Shown: positions 19,396 through 28,782 of the stretch, piece by piece
Position numbering within the stretch: the stretch's first letter is position 1
Layout: each line of letters opens with the position of its first letter
Source of the DNA: Candidatus Bathyarchaeia archaeon
GTDB taxonomy: Archaea; Thermoproteota; Bathyarchaeia; Bathyarchaeales; Bathycorpusculaceae
DNA length: 64,000 bases
Assembly: GCA_049970895.1 (NCBI GenBank)
Contig: JBMFMB010000001.1
Span: forward strand, 64,001-128,000
Reading direction: 5' to 3'
Made by a program: the position numbers and the translations under genes
The notes under the pieces: model-generated
Seen by the model: only the letters and a program-made list of their open reading frames with translations
Database searches by the model: none
Told to the model about the DNA's origin: nothing

Positions 19396-21690
19396 ATGGA
19401 AACAAAAAGTGCCTCCAAAAAAGAGCGAATAATCAACGGCATAAAAAGTCTGGGAAAAATCCGCCCAAAAATAAACCACACAACAATAATGACCATTACA
19501 GCCTTAACGATCATCCTCTTTATAGCCTTCACCATAAGACTGTTTCCAATGCGATGGGAAATAGACCCAACCACTGGAAAAACAAATCTCCTCCTGTCAG
19601 AGTTCGACCCGTACTTCCAATACCGCTTCACAGAAAAAATCGTCAAAGACGGAGTCATATCATGGGCCATAGAAAACAACGGAAAAGGATGGATCGACTA
19701 TCAAAGATGGTATCCGAGTGGAATAAACGTTGCTAAAGCCGCTTTTCCAGGACTTCCAATGACAGCAGCCTTTTTATATGAAATAGTTTCAATGCTTGGA
19801 GTAGGCATAAACCTAATGAGTTTCTGCTCCCTATTCCCAGCCATCATGGGAGCACTTGCATGTCTTGCCCTCTATTTCCTCGGAAAAGATATCGGTGGCA
19901 AACCTGTGGGCTTTTTGTCCGCGCTTTTCTTGGCTCTTGAACCATCCTATATCCAACGGACATCAGTAGGATTCTTTGATGACGAAACTATTGGTATACT
20001 CTCCCTCTTACTTTTCGCCTTCCTTTTTCTAAGGGCTATTGACGAGGATAGGCGGGTAAACTCAACTGTAAAATATGCCCTTGCCTCTGGTGCGGTGTTA
20101 GGCTACTTCTGTGCAGGGTGGGGTGCAGCATACTATCCAATAGGCGTTATAACCCTATTTACGCTGGTTTTGCTTATTATGAAAAGGTACACACGGAAGC
20201 TTCTTCTGGCATATGGCATAACTTTCGGCTTCGGTTTGCTCATCGCCATAAACGTCCCAAAGCTTTCACCAAACTACCTTCTAACAGGTGCGATTCTGCC
20301 GGTTGCCGCCGTTTTCGGGTTACTTTTTCTAGCTGAAATCGTCACTAACTTAAAAACGGCTAAGTGGAAGGTCATATCCGTAATACTTTTTCTAGCCCTT
20401 ATTGTTGGCGGTATAATAGCACTTTCGTATGCTGGCTACATGAGGGGTATAGCTGGGAAATTCATTTCTGTGATAAATCCCTTCACAAGGGAGGCTTCCC
20501 CCCTTATTGAGTCTGTGGCTGAGCATAGAATATCTGCGTGGGGCTCCATATACTACGAGTTCGGCATTACGATAATCTTCTTCATCATAGGGTTATTCTT
20601 CATCATAGGAAACTTAAACAACAGAAACATATTCCTACTGGTTTTTGGTTTAACATCCTTATACTTTGCATGTTCAATGGTGCGGCTATTCGTGCTTATG
20701 GCTCCAGCCTTCAGCATCCTAGCTGCCATTGGCATTAGCGGGCTTCTGAAACCCTTTGTGGCGTTGTTGAAAGAGCCGCCAAAAATAAGTGTTAAGAAAA
20801 AGTATGGTTTGGAGCATGTTGGAAAAGAGTTCAGCGGCATAGCAATGTTCTTAATATTCTTGATGTTAATGGTGAATTTGGCTTTTCCAATGCCGAGAGT
20901 TTATACACAAGCCTATACGCCAACCACAATTTCTGGTGGAAGCCTTTCAATATCACCCCAATACCTAAGCGTCCCTGTATCAGAATGGATTGACATGTTG
21001 AATTGGATGAGAACACGTCTGAGTCCAACAACTGTTGTTTGTAGCTGGTGGGACTATGGATACTGGATAACCGTGTTAGGGAACGTCACTTCCCTTGCGG
21101 ACAACGCGACAGTGAACTCAACCCAAATAGAAAATATTGGCTTCATCTTTATGTCCAACGAAACACAGGCGGTGAGAATGTTGAAACTTTACAATGCATC
21201 CTACATCCTTGTTTACACAACCATCCGCTCTGACACAGGTGAGTGGGTGAATGCCGGGGGTGATGAAGGAAAATGGGTTTGGATGGCAGCCATATCCGGG
21301 AAAGCGCGTCAACGCTTTATAGACAATGGTTTTATTCCGGCAAGTGATATGTGGAACGAAAATCTTGACGACATTAGGCGATTGTTTGGAAACTATACTA
21401 TTGGAACAAACTGGATAGATAGTAATAAAAATGGTCAAGTAGATAGTGGTGAACTTGAACCAAACGCTAAAGGGCAGAATGCAACAATTTATAAGTTGAT
21501 GCGGTATGCGGTTGAAAGTTGGAAGCAAAAGCACGGCAAAAGCAGCTCAACAATTAAACTGCTCTACTTTACACCAGAATATATCGCAGGGTTGGATGAT
21601 GATGGAAGCAAGTATGGTGGTGTTGTTCCGCTCGTCTGCCTCTACAAAATTAACTGGGAAAAGTATTACAGTGAACACCCAAGCGGGTAA
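19396..21690 (+). CDS. aglB: Oligosaccharyltransferase AglB/STT3
   Basis: EFDPYF, GFFDDE, SVAEH, WWDYG, DNAT, DEGK; multiple TM helices. Confidence 0.96.
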   Translation: METKSASKKERIINGIKSLGKIRPKINHTTIMTITALTIILFIAFTIRLFPMRWEIDPTTGKTNLLLSEFDPYFQYRFTEKIVKDGVISWAIENNGKGWIDYQRWYPSGINVAKAAFPGLPMTAAFLYEIVSMLGVGINLMSFCSLFPAIMGALACLALYFLGKDIGGKPVGFLSALFLALEPSYIQRTSVGFFDDETIGILSLLLFAFLFLRAIDEDRRVNSTVKYALASGAVLGYFCAGWGAAYYPIGVITLFTLVLLIMKRYTRKLLLAYGITFGFGLLIAINVPKLSPNYLLTGAILPVAAVFGLLFLAEIVTNLKTAKWKVISVILFLALIVGGIIALSYAGYMRGIAGKFISVINPFTREASPLIESVAEHRISAWGSIYYEFGITIIFFIIGLFFIIGNLNNRNIFLLVFGLTSLYFACSMVRLFVLMAPAFSILAAIGISGLLKPFVALLKEPPKISVKKKYGLEHVGKEFSGIAMFLIFLMLMVNLAFPMPRVYTQAYTPTTISGGSLSISPQYLSVPVSEWIDMLNWMRTRLSPTTVVCSWWDYGYWITVLGNVTSLADNATVNSTQIENIGFIFMSNETQAVRMLKLYNASYILVYTTIRSDTGEWVNAGGDEGKWVWMAAISGKARQRFIDNGFIPASDMWNENLDDIRRLFGNYTIGTNWIDSNKNGQVDSGELEPNAKGQNATIYKLMRYAVESWKQKHGKSSSTIKLLYFTPEYIAGLDDDGSKYGGVVPLVCLYKINWEKYYSEHPSG

Positions 21691-21701
21691 GGGAGAAACT
21701 T

Positions 21702-22580
21702 TTGTTTCCAAAAGTTCCAGATCAGCATAAGCCCGGCAAGCCTCTGGTCCCAACTGGTTTAGGCGTAATATATGTTGTGGTGAGTGCTGCTTACCTTTTC
21801 TTTCTACACGCCTTTGGATTTGATGTTGAATCCGCTAGCATCAGCAATGTTTCTCCAGCTTTAACTTTGGCTGTCTGCATATTGTTCGGAGGGTTTATGG
21901 GCCTGCTCGACGACTGGATGAATCTGCGTTGGCGTTATAAGGCTTTATTCCCATTAGTGGCAGCAGTTCCTCTAACGGCTCTGGCTTATAGGATGGGAGC
22001 CCGTACAGCCATAACTCTTCCATTTTTGGGAACAATCAATTTTGAAAGGTACTATTTCTTTGTTTTAATTCCGCTGATGGTGACTGTGGTCACCAACACT
22101 GTTAATCAGTTGGGCGGGTTAAACGGTTTAGAAACTGTTTGTCCAGCTATAATTATGGTGGGGCTTATGGTTGCTTCGGGAAAAAGCGCGCTTTTATTAA
22201 CACTGCCTTTGGCTGTTTGGCTTGTGCTTGCCTTCTTTAATTTTCAAGGAAAAATTTTTGTTGGTAACACTGGCTCCTTTGCCATTGGAATCACCTTGGC
22301 AGCATTTGCCATAATCTCTGATGTGAAATGGTGTCTGCTTATTTCGCTTACACCTTACATAATCAATTCCTCCATGATCTTGCTGAACTACTTCTTTTTC
22401 CGAACAAAGGCGAATGTCTCTTTCGATGGGAAGAGGCTTTTTTCAGACCATAGGAGGAGCCTAATAACGCTTATTACTTATAGGCGGCCCATGACTGAGC
22501 GGCAAGTAGTCGCTATAATAGCTCTTTTGGTGGCCGCTTCGACGGTCGTTGCTGTTGCGGTTCAAATGTTTCTTTTGTAG
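21702..22580 (+). CDS. UDP-GlcNAc:dolichol-phosphate GlcNAc-1-P transferase (AglH/Alg7/MraY family)
   Basis: DQHKP, GLLDD, NTVNQLGGLNGLE, IFVGNTG; directly after aglB. Confidence 0.8.
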   Translation: MFPKVPDQHKPGKPLVPTGLGVIYVVVSAAYLFFLHAFGFDVESASISNVSPALTLAVCILFGGFMGLLDDWMNLRWRYKALFPLVAAVPLTALAYRMGARTAITLPFLGTINFERYYFFVLIPLMVTVVTNTVNQLGGLNGLETVCPAIIMVGLMVASGKSALLLTLPLAVWLVLAFFNFQGKIFVGNTGSFAIGITLAAFAIISDVKWCLLISLTPYIINSSMILLNYFFFRTKANVSFDGKRLFSDHRRSLITLITYRRPMTERQVVAIIALLVAASTVVAVAVQMFLL

Positions 22581-22697
22581 CTGTGCGTATTGGGATGCTA
22601 CACACAAAAGGCAAAAATTGGTTTGAAGTGAGGCTTAATCACGGAGGCTGTTAGGAGCATCGGGTTTAGTATAGGCTTGATGTGAGGAATCAGCTAT

Positions 22698-23183
22698 TTG
22701 CCCCACACTTCATGTTCCAAATGTTTCGGTTAAAGTGGACGTTACAAATATCGTAGGGGTTAAGCTAGACGTTAAGGATGGGGCTGGAACTGTCAATTTT
22801 GATGTCAAGGCTAGGCTTGAAGAGAAGGAAAGGAGAAGCCAAATGGTTGTTGTTGGCTTTAACCTCCAATTAGCAACAAAGCCCGGCATTGTTAAGTTTG
22901 AGGTTGAGGGCACCGCAACACTCACTGGGAAGGATGCGGAGATAAACAAGATGCTGGAGGTTGATCCAGAAACAAAGGTGCCCCACGTTTTCCAGAAAGT
23001 TTATCAACACACTTTTACAGCCATGTACCTACTCTCAACAATTTTGAACACCCCTCCGCCACCGATAGACCTCCTCCTCTTCAGAAGGGAAGAGGTGCCA
23101 ACTGAAGGCGTCGCTATAGAGCCAGAAACAGCAGCCGAAACGGTTAAGGAGGAAACCGCTGGGAAGTGGAGAAAGAGGGCTAG
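22698..23183 (+). CDS. Hypothetical SecB-like-fold protein with apparent frameshifts near both ends
   Basis: Core ORF 22735-23160 has beta strands, helices and a PPPP motif; TTG 22698 and TAG 23181 lie in another frame, reachable by single indels in C4 (22701-04) and G3 (23161-63). Confidence 0.5.
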
Positions 23184-23220
23184 GCGAAGGAATATTTTTA
23201 TTCTTGCCTTGTAGTTATGC

Positions 23221-23292
23221 TGTTTGGTTGGCGGGTGAGTGGGGCCTCCCACCCGTTCCGCCAAATAAACCCCGGTGTCGGGAGGTGAAAAA
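23221..23292 (+). promoter_or_regulatory. Structured 5' leader / candidate riboswitch upstream of queT
   Basis: CGGGTG(23232-37)/CACCCG(23250-55) stem; loop CCTCC(C) complementary to GGGAGG at 23280-85; hairpin CCCG-GTGT-CGGG 23271-82; TATA-like TTTTTATT at about 23196. Confidence 0.55.
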
Positions 23293-23859
23293 TTGAAATT
23301 TGATAGTAAAGATTTAGCCTTAACAGCGGTTTTTGCAAGTTTGTATGCGGTGGTTAACATTGTCCAGACAATGATGGGAGGTCCGATAACTTATGGACCT
23401 GTACAACTGCGTCTTGCTGATTGCTTAATCGCTTTGTCGGCGTTGTTTGGTTTACCGGTGAGTTTTGGTGTTGCAATAGGGTGTTTTAGCAACATCTATT
23501 ACATGCTCGACCCTGCAGACATTGTTATAGGACCAGTTGTGAATTTAGCAGCGGCTTTGTTGGTCTTTATGTTAAGGAAACGTAAACTTTTCGCGTGCGT
23601 TTCTGGCTCGCTGGTTGTTGGCATTCCAATAGGCTTGTATCTATACTACCTTTATGTGCAAGGTAATCCGGTTATTCAGCAACAAATGCCTGATTTTGGT
23701 GTGCCCTTGCCTTTATGGGTTGCATTTATTTTGAGCTTAACAATCAGCAGTTTAGTGGCCATTGCGGTTATTGGATATGCCTTGCTGAAAGCGCTATCGA
23801 AACGAGGCGTTGTTGACTCTTTAAGGGCGCGTGGGCTAAAAATCCTTGAGGAGAAGTAA
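23293..23859 (+). CDS. queT: QueT-family transporter (ECF S component)
   Basis: AVFASLY...ITYGPVQLRLADCL...GVAIGC...DIVIG QueT pattern; TTG start after GGAGGTGA. Confidence 0.85.
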   Translation: MKFDSKDLALTAVFASLYAVVNIVQTMMGGPITYGPVQLRLADCLIALSALFGLPVSFGVAIGCFSNIYYMLDPADIVIGPVVNLAAALLVFMLRKRKLFACVSGSLVVGIPIGLYLYYLYVQGNPVIQQQMPDFGVPLPLWVAFILSLTISSLVAIAVIGYALLKALSKRGVVDSLRARGLKILEEK

Positions 23860-23868
23860 GGCTGCTGA

Positions 23869-26547
23869 TTACATGAAACGTTCAAGTTTTGTTAACCCTA
23901 TTATCTCGTCAAAGTCTAAGCCTAAAGCGTCTAAAACCTGATCGAAGGTGGAGTGAAGATAAGCCACATACTTGTCTACGTCTATCTCGTTTTTTGTTGC
24001 CAACTCGACAGGTTTCACGTGGGGTTCGTTTACAACCTTTACAAAACTTATTAGGTCGCCAGCTTTTAGTTCCATCCCGCTTTCTTTTAGGATTCTCGCG
24101 GCTTTCACGTGTTGCGGTGTTGTTTTTGTGTAGCGTTCTGGCTCTTCGCCTAATACTACATTGAAAGCTAGTTCGTTTAGGCTTTCCCATTCGCGTCTTT
24201 TTAGCCTTACATAACAGTCGCGTATTGTTTGGATGATGTCCTTTTTAGCTGCTTCAAAGTCTGCTGGCGACTTAACCATGGCTAGTCGTTCCTTCATCTT
24301 ATCGAAAGCCTTCTTAATGAAAAGGGGGATGTGGCGTTTCTTGCCAGTCAAGCCCTTAACGTCGACGCTTCCATCTTCTAAGACGCCTAGATAGTTCTTT
24401 TTGCGGGAGCTGAAGACCGCATAGCGGTAAACCTTGTCCACGTCTAAGCCCATTTTAAGTTCGCGTTCAGTCCACTCCTCAAGCTCGCATATCTGCTCCT
24501 TTGACGGGTTTTTTAGGAAGACGCTGTCCGTGTCGCCGTAAAGCACTTGGATGCCCAGTTCCTCAGCCCTCTTAATTATCTGGGTTATGGCGTGCCTTCC
24601 TATGGCTGCTGTTGCCTCGGCAACTGGTGGGCAGTAGAGGTCGAAGGTTTCTGCTCCAAAGACGCCGTAGCTGGCGTTTAAAATGACCTTTAACGCGCCT
24701 TGGATGATATTGTACCAGCTTCTAACTTCTGGCGGCAAAGTCTTGTCCTTCGATTTTGGCTTGTACCACTGAACTCGCAAGTCCCTCAACGAGCCTATTA
24801 GGAGGCTTTCTAGGGCGCGTTTTTTGCGGCAAACCCAGTGGGGGGTGTCTGGCACAAAGTTTGTTTTGCATTCTGGATGTCCACATAAGATGGATTGGTA
24901 GCCCAAATTCCAAACTTTTATTATGGATGGGTATAGGCTTGGAAAGTCCATGACGGCGACGTTAAAGTGGACGCCCGGCACTGGTTCTACGACTATGGCG
25001 CCCTTGTACTTTTTGCCCTTAATTATGGCTTTTGTGGCCGTTTTGCCTTTTAGGGCTAGTATGTCCTCAGCGTTTGGAATAAGCATATTTTTTCTGCGGT
25101 GTTCCCGGTGCATAAAGTTTCTTATCCAGCGGGATACACCTTGTCGGCTCACATCCTCCATCGGCATGCTGCTTATCCTAGCCAAAACAAGAATTAACTT
25201 TAGGACCAGCTCGTCTTCGAAGCTTGTTAGTTTGTAGGTTATTTCAGCGTCTCTAAAACAGTATTTTGCAAGTTCCGTGTACGTTAATTCGCCTATGCTC
25301 TTCTCCAGTGTTATTTTGTCCAAGCCTACAAGTGCCATGCCAACATCGCCTAAAGTAACGTCTCTGTAGCGGTTGTTGAAGGCATATATTTGTATGGAGC
25401 GGTTGAAGAAGAACTTGTAGAGGTCGATGTGCACCCCATATTTTAGGAGGCAGACGCGCTTCCCAATTTCTATCGGGATTTCATCCCGCTTAAAACCGTG
25501 GTTTTCCGCCCTATGCGCCAAATACCGCAAGTCAAAATCGTCGCCGTTGAAGGTTACCACGAAGGGGTAGTTCCACAAAACCTCGAAGACAGCTCTTATC
25601 AGCTTCTCTTCAGAATCAAAATATTCTATTTGCACATCTGCTGGTAAACGTTCCGAGCCTTCGCGAACCCCTTCCCTTTTTAGGAGGAGAACCCTTTTCT
25701 GCCCATCCGAACTGTATAGTGAGACGCAGACTATTGGGTAGGCTGCTTCTCTTGGGTCTGGCATTCGAGTCGGTATGGGCGAATAAACCTCAATGTCCAT
25801 GGCGACGTAACGGAACTTTGGGGCTGGATATTCTAGAAGCCTAGCCCACTGCTCAATATACTGAAGCTCTTCAGCGTCAGCCTCCTTAAAGGTTGCAACA
25901 ATTTGTTGAACCGTTCTTTCCGCTTCTTCTAGGCTTTTTGGTACAAGATTACCATCTTTGACTTCGTAAACCATGCCTGGCAAAAGTCCACGGTCATAAA
26001 TGTAGGACTGGTAATACTTTATCTTAGACTCCCAAACCTTTATGGATTCGGCGGAAACCGGGACATCCGCAACTTTTGGAAAGTCTTCTGGGATAATGTC
26101 CCTTATGCAGCCTCTCGGTCGCCCTCCAATGGCTAACGGGTCTTTGGCAACGATTTTTGTCACTTTTACCGGCTTGTCCAAGAGGGGGTCAAACTTTTCC
26201 ACAATTTCGAAGTGGTCAAAGCCCGGATGCTTCATTAAACGGTCAATTTTCTCAAGCTCGAAAGGCGAAAGATTCGTGTAGCAATATGGCCTATGCCCAG
26301 TGTTATCATACCAGAAGTAAATGCACCCAGAAACAGGCTCGTAAAGCTTGATTAGGGCTTTTCCAGCCTTTCCATCATAAGTGGCTGAAACAAAATATGA
26401 TGGTGGAAGATTTTCTGGAGCCGCTGGTGGGAAGCCCCGCTCTTTTCGTTCTTTTTCTAGGGATTTTGTGAAGGGTAGGGCTTCCGCTTCGGCTTCTTGG
26501 GGTTTTGCCACAGGCATTGAGAACTCGTCTAGGCGCCTTTGAGCCAT
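23869..26547 (-). CDS. polB: Family B DNA polymerase (PolB1 type)
   Basis: Exo DIEVY and FNGDDFD; DFPSLYPSII, KVILNASYG, YGDTDS, KKNYLG; N-terminal YDNTGHRPY typical of crenarchaeal B1. Confidence 0.96.
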   Translation of the reverse strand: MAQRRLDEFSMPVAKPQEAEAEALPFTKSLEKERKERGFPPAAPENLPPSYFVSATYDGKAGKALIKLYEPVSGCIYFWYDNTGHRPYCYTNLSPFELEKIDRLMKHPGFDHFEIVEKFDPLLDKPVKVTKIVAKDPLAIGGRPRGCIRDIIPEDFPKVADVPVSAESIKVWESKIKYYQSYIYDRGLLPGMVYEVKDGNLVPKSLEEAERTVQQIVATFKEADAEELQYIEQWARLLEYPAPKFRYVAMDIEVYSPIPTRMPDPREAAYPIVCVSLYSSDGQKRVLLLKREGVREGSERLPADVQIEYFDSEEKLIRAVFEVLWNYPFVVTFNGDDFDLRYLAHRAENHGFKRDEIPIEIGKRVCLLKYGVHIDLYKFFFNRSIQIYAFNNRYRDVTLGDVGMALVGLDKITLEKSIGELTYTELAKYCFRDAEITYKLTSFEDELVLKLILVLARISSMPMEDVSRQGVSRWIRNFMHREHRRKNMLIPNAEDILALKGKTATKAIIKGKKYKGAIVVEPVPGVHFNVAVMDFPSLYPSIIKVWNLGYQSILCGHPECKTNFVPDTPHWVCRKKRALESLLIGSLRDLRVQWYKPKSKDKTLPPEVRSWYNIIQGALKVILNASYGVFGAETFDLYCPPVAEATAAIGRHAITQIIKRAEELGIQVLYGDTDSVFLKNPSKEQICELEEWTERELKMGLDVDKVYRYAVFSSRKKNYLGVLEDGSVDVKGLTGKKRHIPLFIKKAFDKMKERLAMVKSPADFEAAKKDIIQTIRDCYVRLKRREWESLNELAFNVVLGEEPERYTKTTPQHVKAARILKESGMELKAGDLISFVKVVNEPHVKPVELATKNEIDVDKYVAYLHSTFDQVLDALGLDFDEIIGLTKLERFM

Positions 26548-26674
26548 ATCTGCTCTTAACCTAAACTAAATATCGCAAGCCACAGACTAAAAACCTTACT
26601 AGTGTATAGCTTTTCGTGGAAACTTTTAATCTTTAAGATGGCTTTTCTATTGCTGTTTAGCCGTGTGAAAAGGA

Positions 26675-28027
26675 ATGCTTAGAGAAGCTTGGTCTTTGGC
26701 TATTGAAGCCTTAAGCTGGATGGAGAAGGAGCAGATAAGCGAGCGGCTAGCTATAGCCAGAACAGCCAAACAACTGGAAATAGACGATGTTGATGCTTTA
26801 CGCTTCGCCCACGGTCTTGTGTGTGAAACCGTTCGACGCCGCAACATCATAGACCGTTTTATAAACGAGGCTTTGAAGCCAAAATCCCTAAGCGAGTTCA
26901 CGTTGGGTGTCCAATCCTTTTTGAGGCTTTACGTTTACCAAACAAGAGTCGCCAAAAACTGGTCGAAAATCGACATTGAAGAGGCAAAAAACATTGTGAG
27001 GCTTGCCCGCTCAATTTTGGGTTGGAGAACCCTCCAAAACGTTGAACCCTTTCTAGGCTTGCTTTTAACAGAAAGCCCCACCACAGTTCTGAAAGGGATT
27101 AGCGACGAGGAAAGGGTTGGGCTTTTAACCTTCCATCCAACATGGTTTGTGCGTTACTGCTTCAAGCTCTTTGGCAGAAAAGAAGCCATAAACATGCTTG
27201 AGGCAAATTTGAAAGCTCCTCCAACCTACATTAGACTTAACACTTTGAAAGCGGATGAAAACGAAATTTTGGCGAGATTAGCCGAAGAAGAGATAAGGGT
27301 TGAAAAGGTTGAGGGACTGCGCCACACCTTCAAGGTTTTGGGCACAAAAACCCCGCTAACAAGAACCAAAAGCTTTGGTGAAGGCTTGTTTTACATTCAG
27401 GATAAGGCTAGCTGTTACGCGGCTGAAGTGGCAAACCCAGAACCCGGCATAGTGCTTTTGGACATTTGCGCCGCCCCCGGAGCCAAAACCACCTATTTGG
27501 CTCAGCTTATGCAGAACCAAGGCATAATATACTCGGTAGACTTTTCAAGGCGTAGGATGAGCGTTTGGAAAAACGAAATTGCCAGAATGGGCGTGGAAAT
27601 TGCCGAGCCTATAATTGCTGATGCATGTAACCCACTGCCAGTCTCCGTAGAGGCGGATGTGGTGGTTTTAGACCCGCCTTGCACAAGTACTGGAGCCTTT
27701 GCAAAGTTCCCATCAGCCAAGTGGAGGCTCACACAACGTTCTGTTGAAAAAATGGCTGAAATCCAGTGGCAGATGCTGGAAAACTGCGCAGAAAAAGTCA
27801 AGCCGGGCGGCACATTAATCTACTCCACGTGCAGCATAACAGTCGAAGAAAACGAAATGCTCATCGAACGTTTCTTAAAATGGCATCCAGAGTTCTCGCT
27901 GGCTGAAATAACCCCAAAAATTGGGGTGCTTGGACTAAGGGGCATGGAAAGGTGTCAGAGGCTTTACCCGCACATTCACGAGTGCAACGGCTTTTTCATT
28001 GCAAAACTATTAAGGACTGGCATGTAG
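26675..28027 (+). CDS. RsmB/NOP2-family RNA m5C methyltransferase with NusB-like N-terminus
   Basis: IQDKAS, DICAAPGAKT, LDPPCTSTG, YSTCSITVEENE, NGFFIAK. Confidence 0.92.
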   Translation: MLREAWSLAIEALSWMEKEQISERLAIARTAKQLEIDDVDALRFAHGLVCETVRRRNIIDRFINEALKPKSLSEFTLGVQSFLRLYVYQTRVAKNWSKIDIEEAKNIVRLARSILGWRTLQNVEPFLGLLLTESPTTVLKGISDEERVGLLTFHPTWFVRYCFKLFGRKEAINMLEANLKAPPTYIRLNTLKADENEILARLAEEEIRVEKVEGLRHTFKVLGTKTPLTRTKSFGEGLFYIQDKASCYAAEVANPEPGIVLLDICAAPGAKTTYLAQLMQNQGIIYSVDFSRRRMSVWKNEIARMGVEIAEPIIADACNPLPVSVEADVVVLDPPCTSTGAFAKFPSAKWRLTQRSVEKMAEIQWQMLENCAEKVKPGGTLIYSTCSITVEENEMLIERFLKWHPEFSLAEITPKIGVLGLRGMERCQRLYPHIHECNGFFIAKLLRTGM

Positions 28028-28072
28028 CAAATTGAGAAGAATTCGTGGATACTAGTGCTTTATTGAAAGTTC

Positions 28073-28116
28073 GTAATACTTATAAGCATTACTTTGGTAT
28101 ATACCTTCGGTATATA
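28073..28116. promoter_or_regulatory. Palindromic operator-like sites over the vapBC promoter
   Basis: GTAATaCTTATAAGcATTAC (28073-92) centred on a TATA-like core; GGTATATACC (28096-105); TATATACC-ttc-GGTATATA (28098-116). Confidence 0.55.
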
Positions 28117-28120
28117 AAAA

Positions 28121-28348
28121 ATGACCGAGAAAAGTGTAATTACCGTGAAAATTCCATCAGACCTTAAAAAGAAAATGAAACGGGTCAAAATAAACTGGAG
28201 CGAATACATTAGAAACGCCGTCCAGAAGAAATTGGAAGAAGAGAATAAGAACATAGCTTCAACAAAACTCGACGAAATAAGAGCCAGAAGCAAACCAGTG
28301 GCAACAGAGGAGCTGGTAACTTGGATAAGAGAATACAGGGAGAAATAG
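28121..28348 (+). CDS. Ribbon-helix-helix antitoxin (VapB-like)
   Basis: SVITVKIPSDLKKKM...INWSEYIRNAV; 1 nt before a PIN gene. Confidence 0.85.
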   Translation: MTEKSVITVKIPSDLKKKMKRVKINWSEYIRNAVQKKLEEENKNIASTKLDEIRARSKPVATEELVTWIREYREK

Positions 28349-28349
28349 C

Positions 28350-28781
28350 ATGCCACGATATGTTGTTGACGCCAGCATCATCGCCAAATGGATTCTCCCC
28401 GGCGAACCATACCAAGAGAACACAGCAAAACTGAAAGAAGATTTTACAACTGGACAAGTGGAACTATGTGCACCAACCCTAATCGTCCACGAAGTCACAA
28501 ATGCCATTTGGAGAGCAACAAAACTCGGAATAATCTCTGTAAATGACGCAAAAGAGGCGCTTGAAGCACTGGAGGATATGAAAATTGAACTCTTCGAGCC
28601 TAGCTGGACAAAAGCATGCCAAGAATTAAGCATTGCCTGCAAGCTGGACTTAACAGTTTATGATGCAGCTTACCTCTTTCTCGCCGAAAAAACAAGGGCC
28701 AGTCTCATAACGGCAGATGAAAAGCTATACGAGAAAGCAAAAGCCAATTTCAAAATAATCCACATCAAAGATTACGTATAG
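28350..28781 (+). CDS. vapC: PIN-domain toxin VapC
   Basis: VVDASIIAKW, EVTNA, YDAAYL, LITADEKL: acidic PIN residues intact. Confidence 0.92.
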   Translation: MPRYVVDASIIAKWILPGEPYQENTAKLKEDFTTGQVELCAPTLIVHEVTNAIWRATKLGIISVNDAKEALEALEDMKIELFEPSWTKACQELSIACKLDLTVYDAAYLFLAEKTRASLITADEKLYEKAKANFKIIHIKDYV

Positions 28782-28782
28782 C

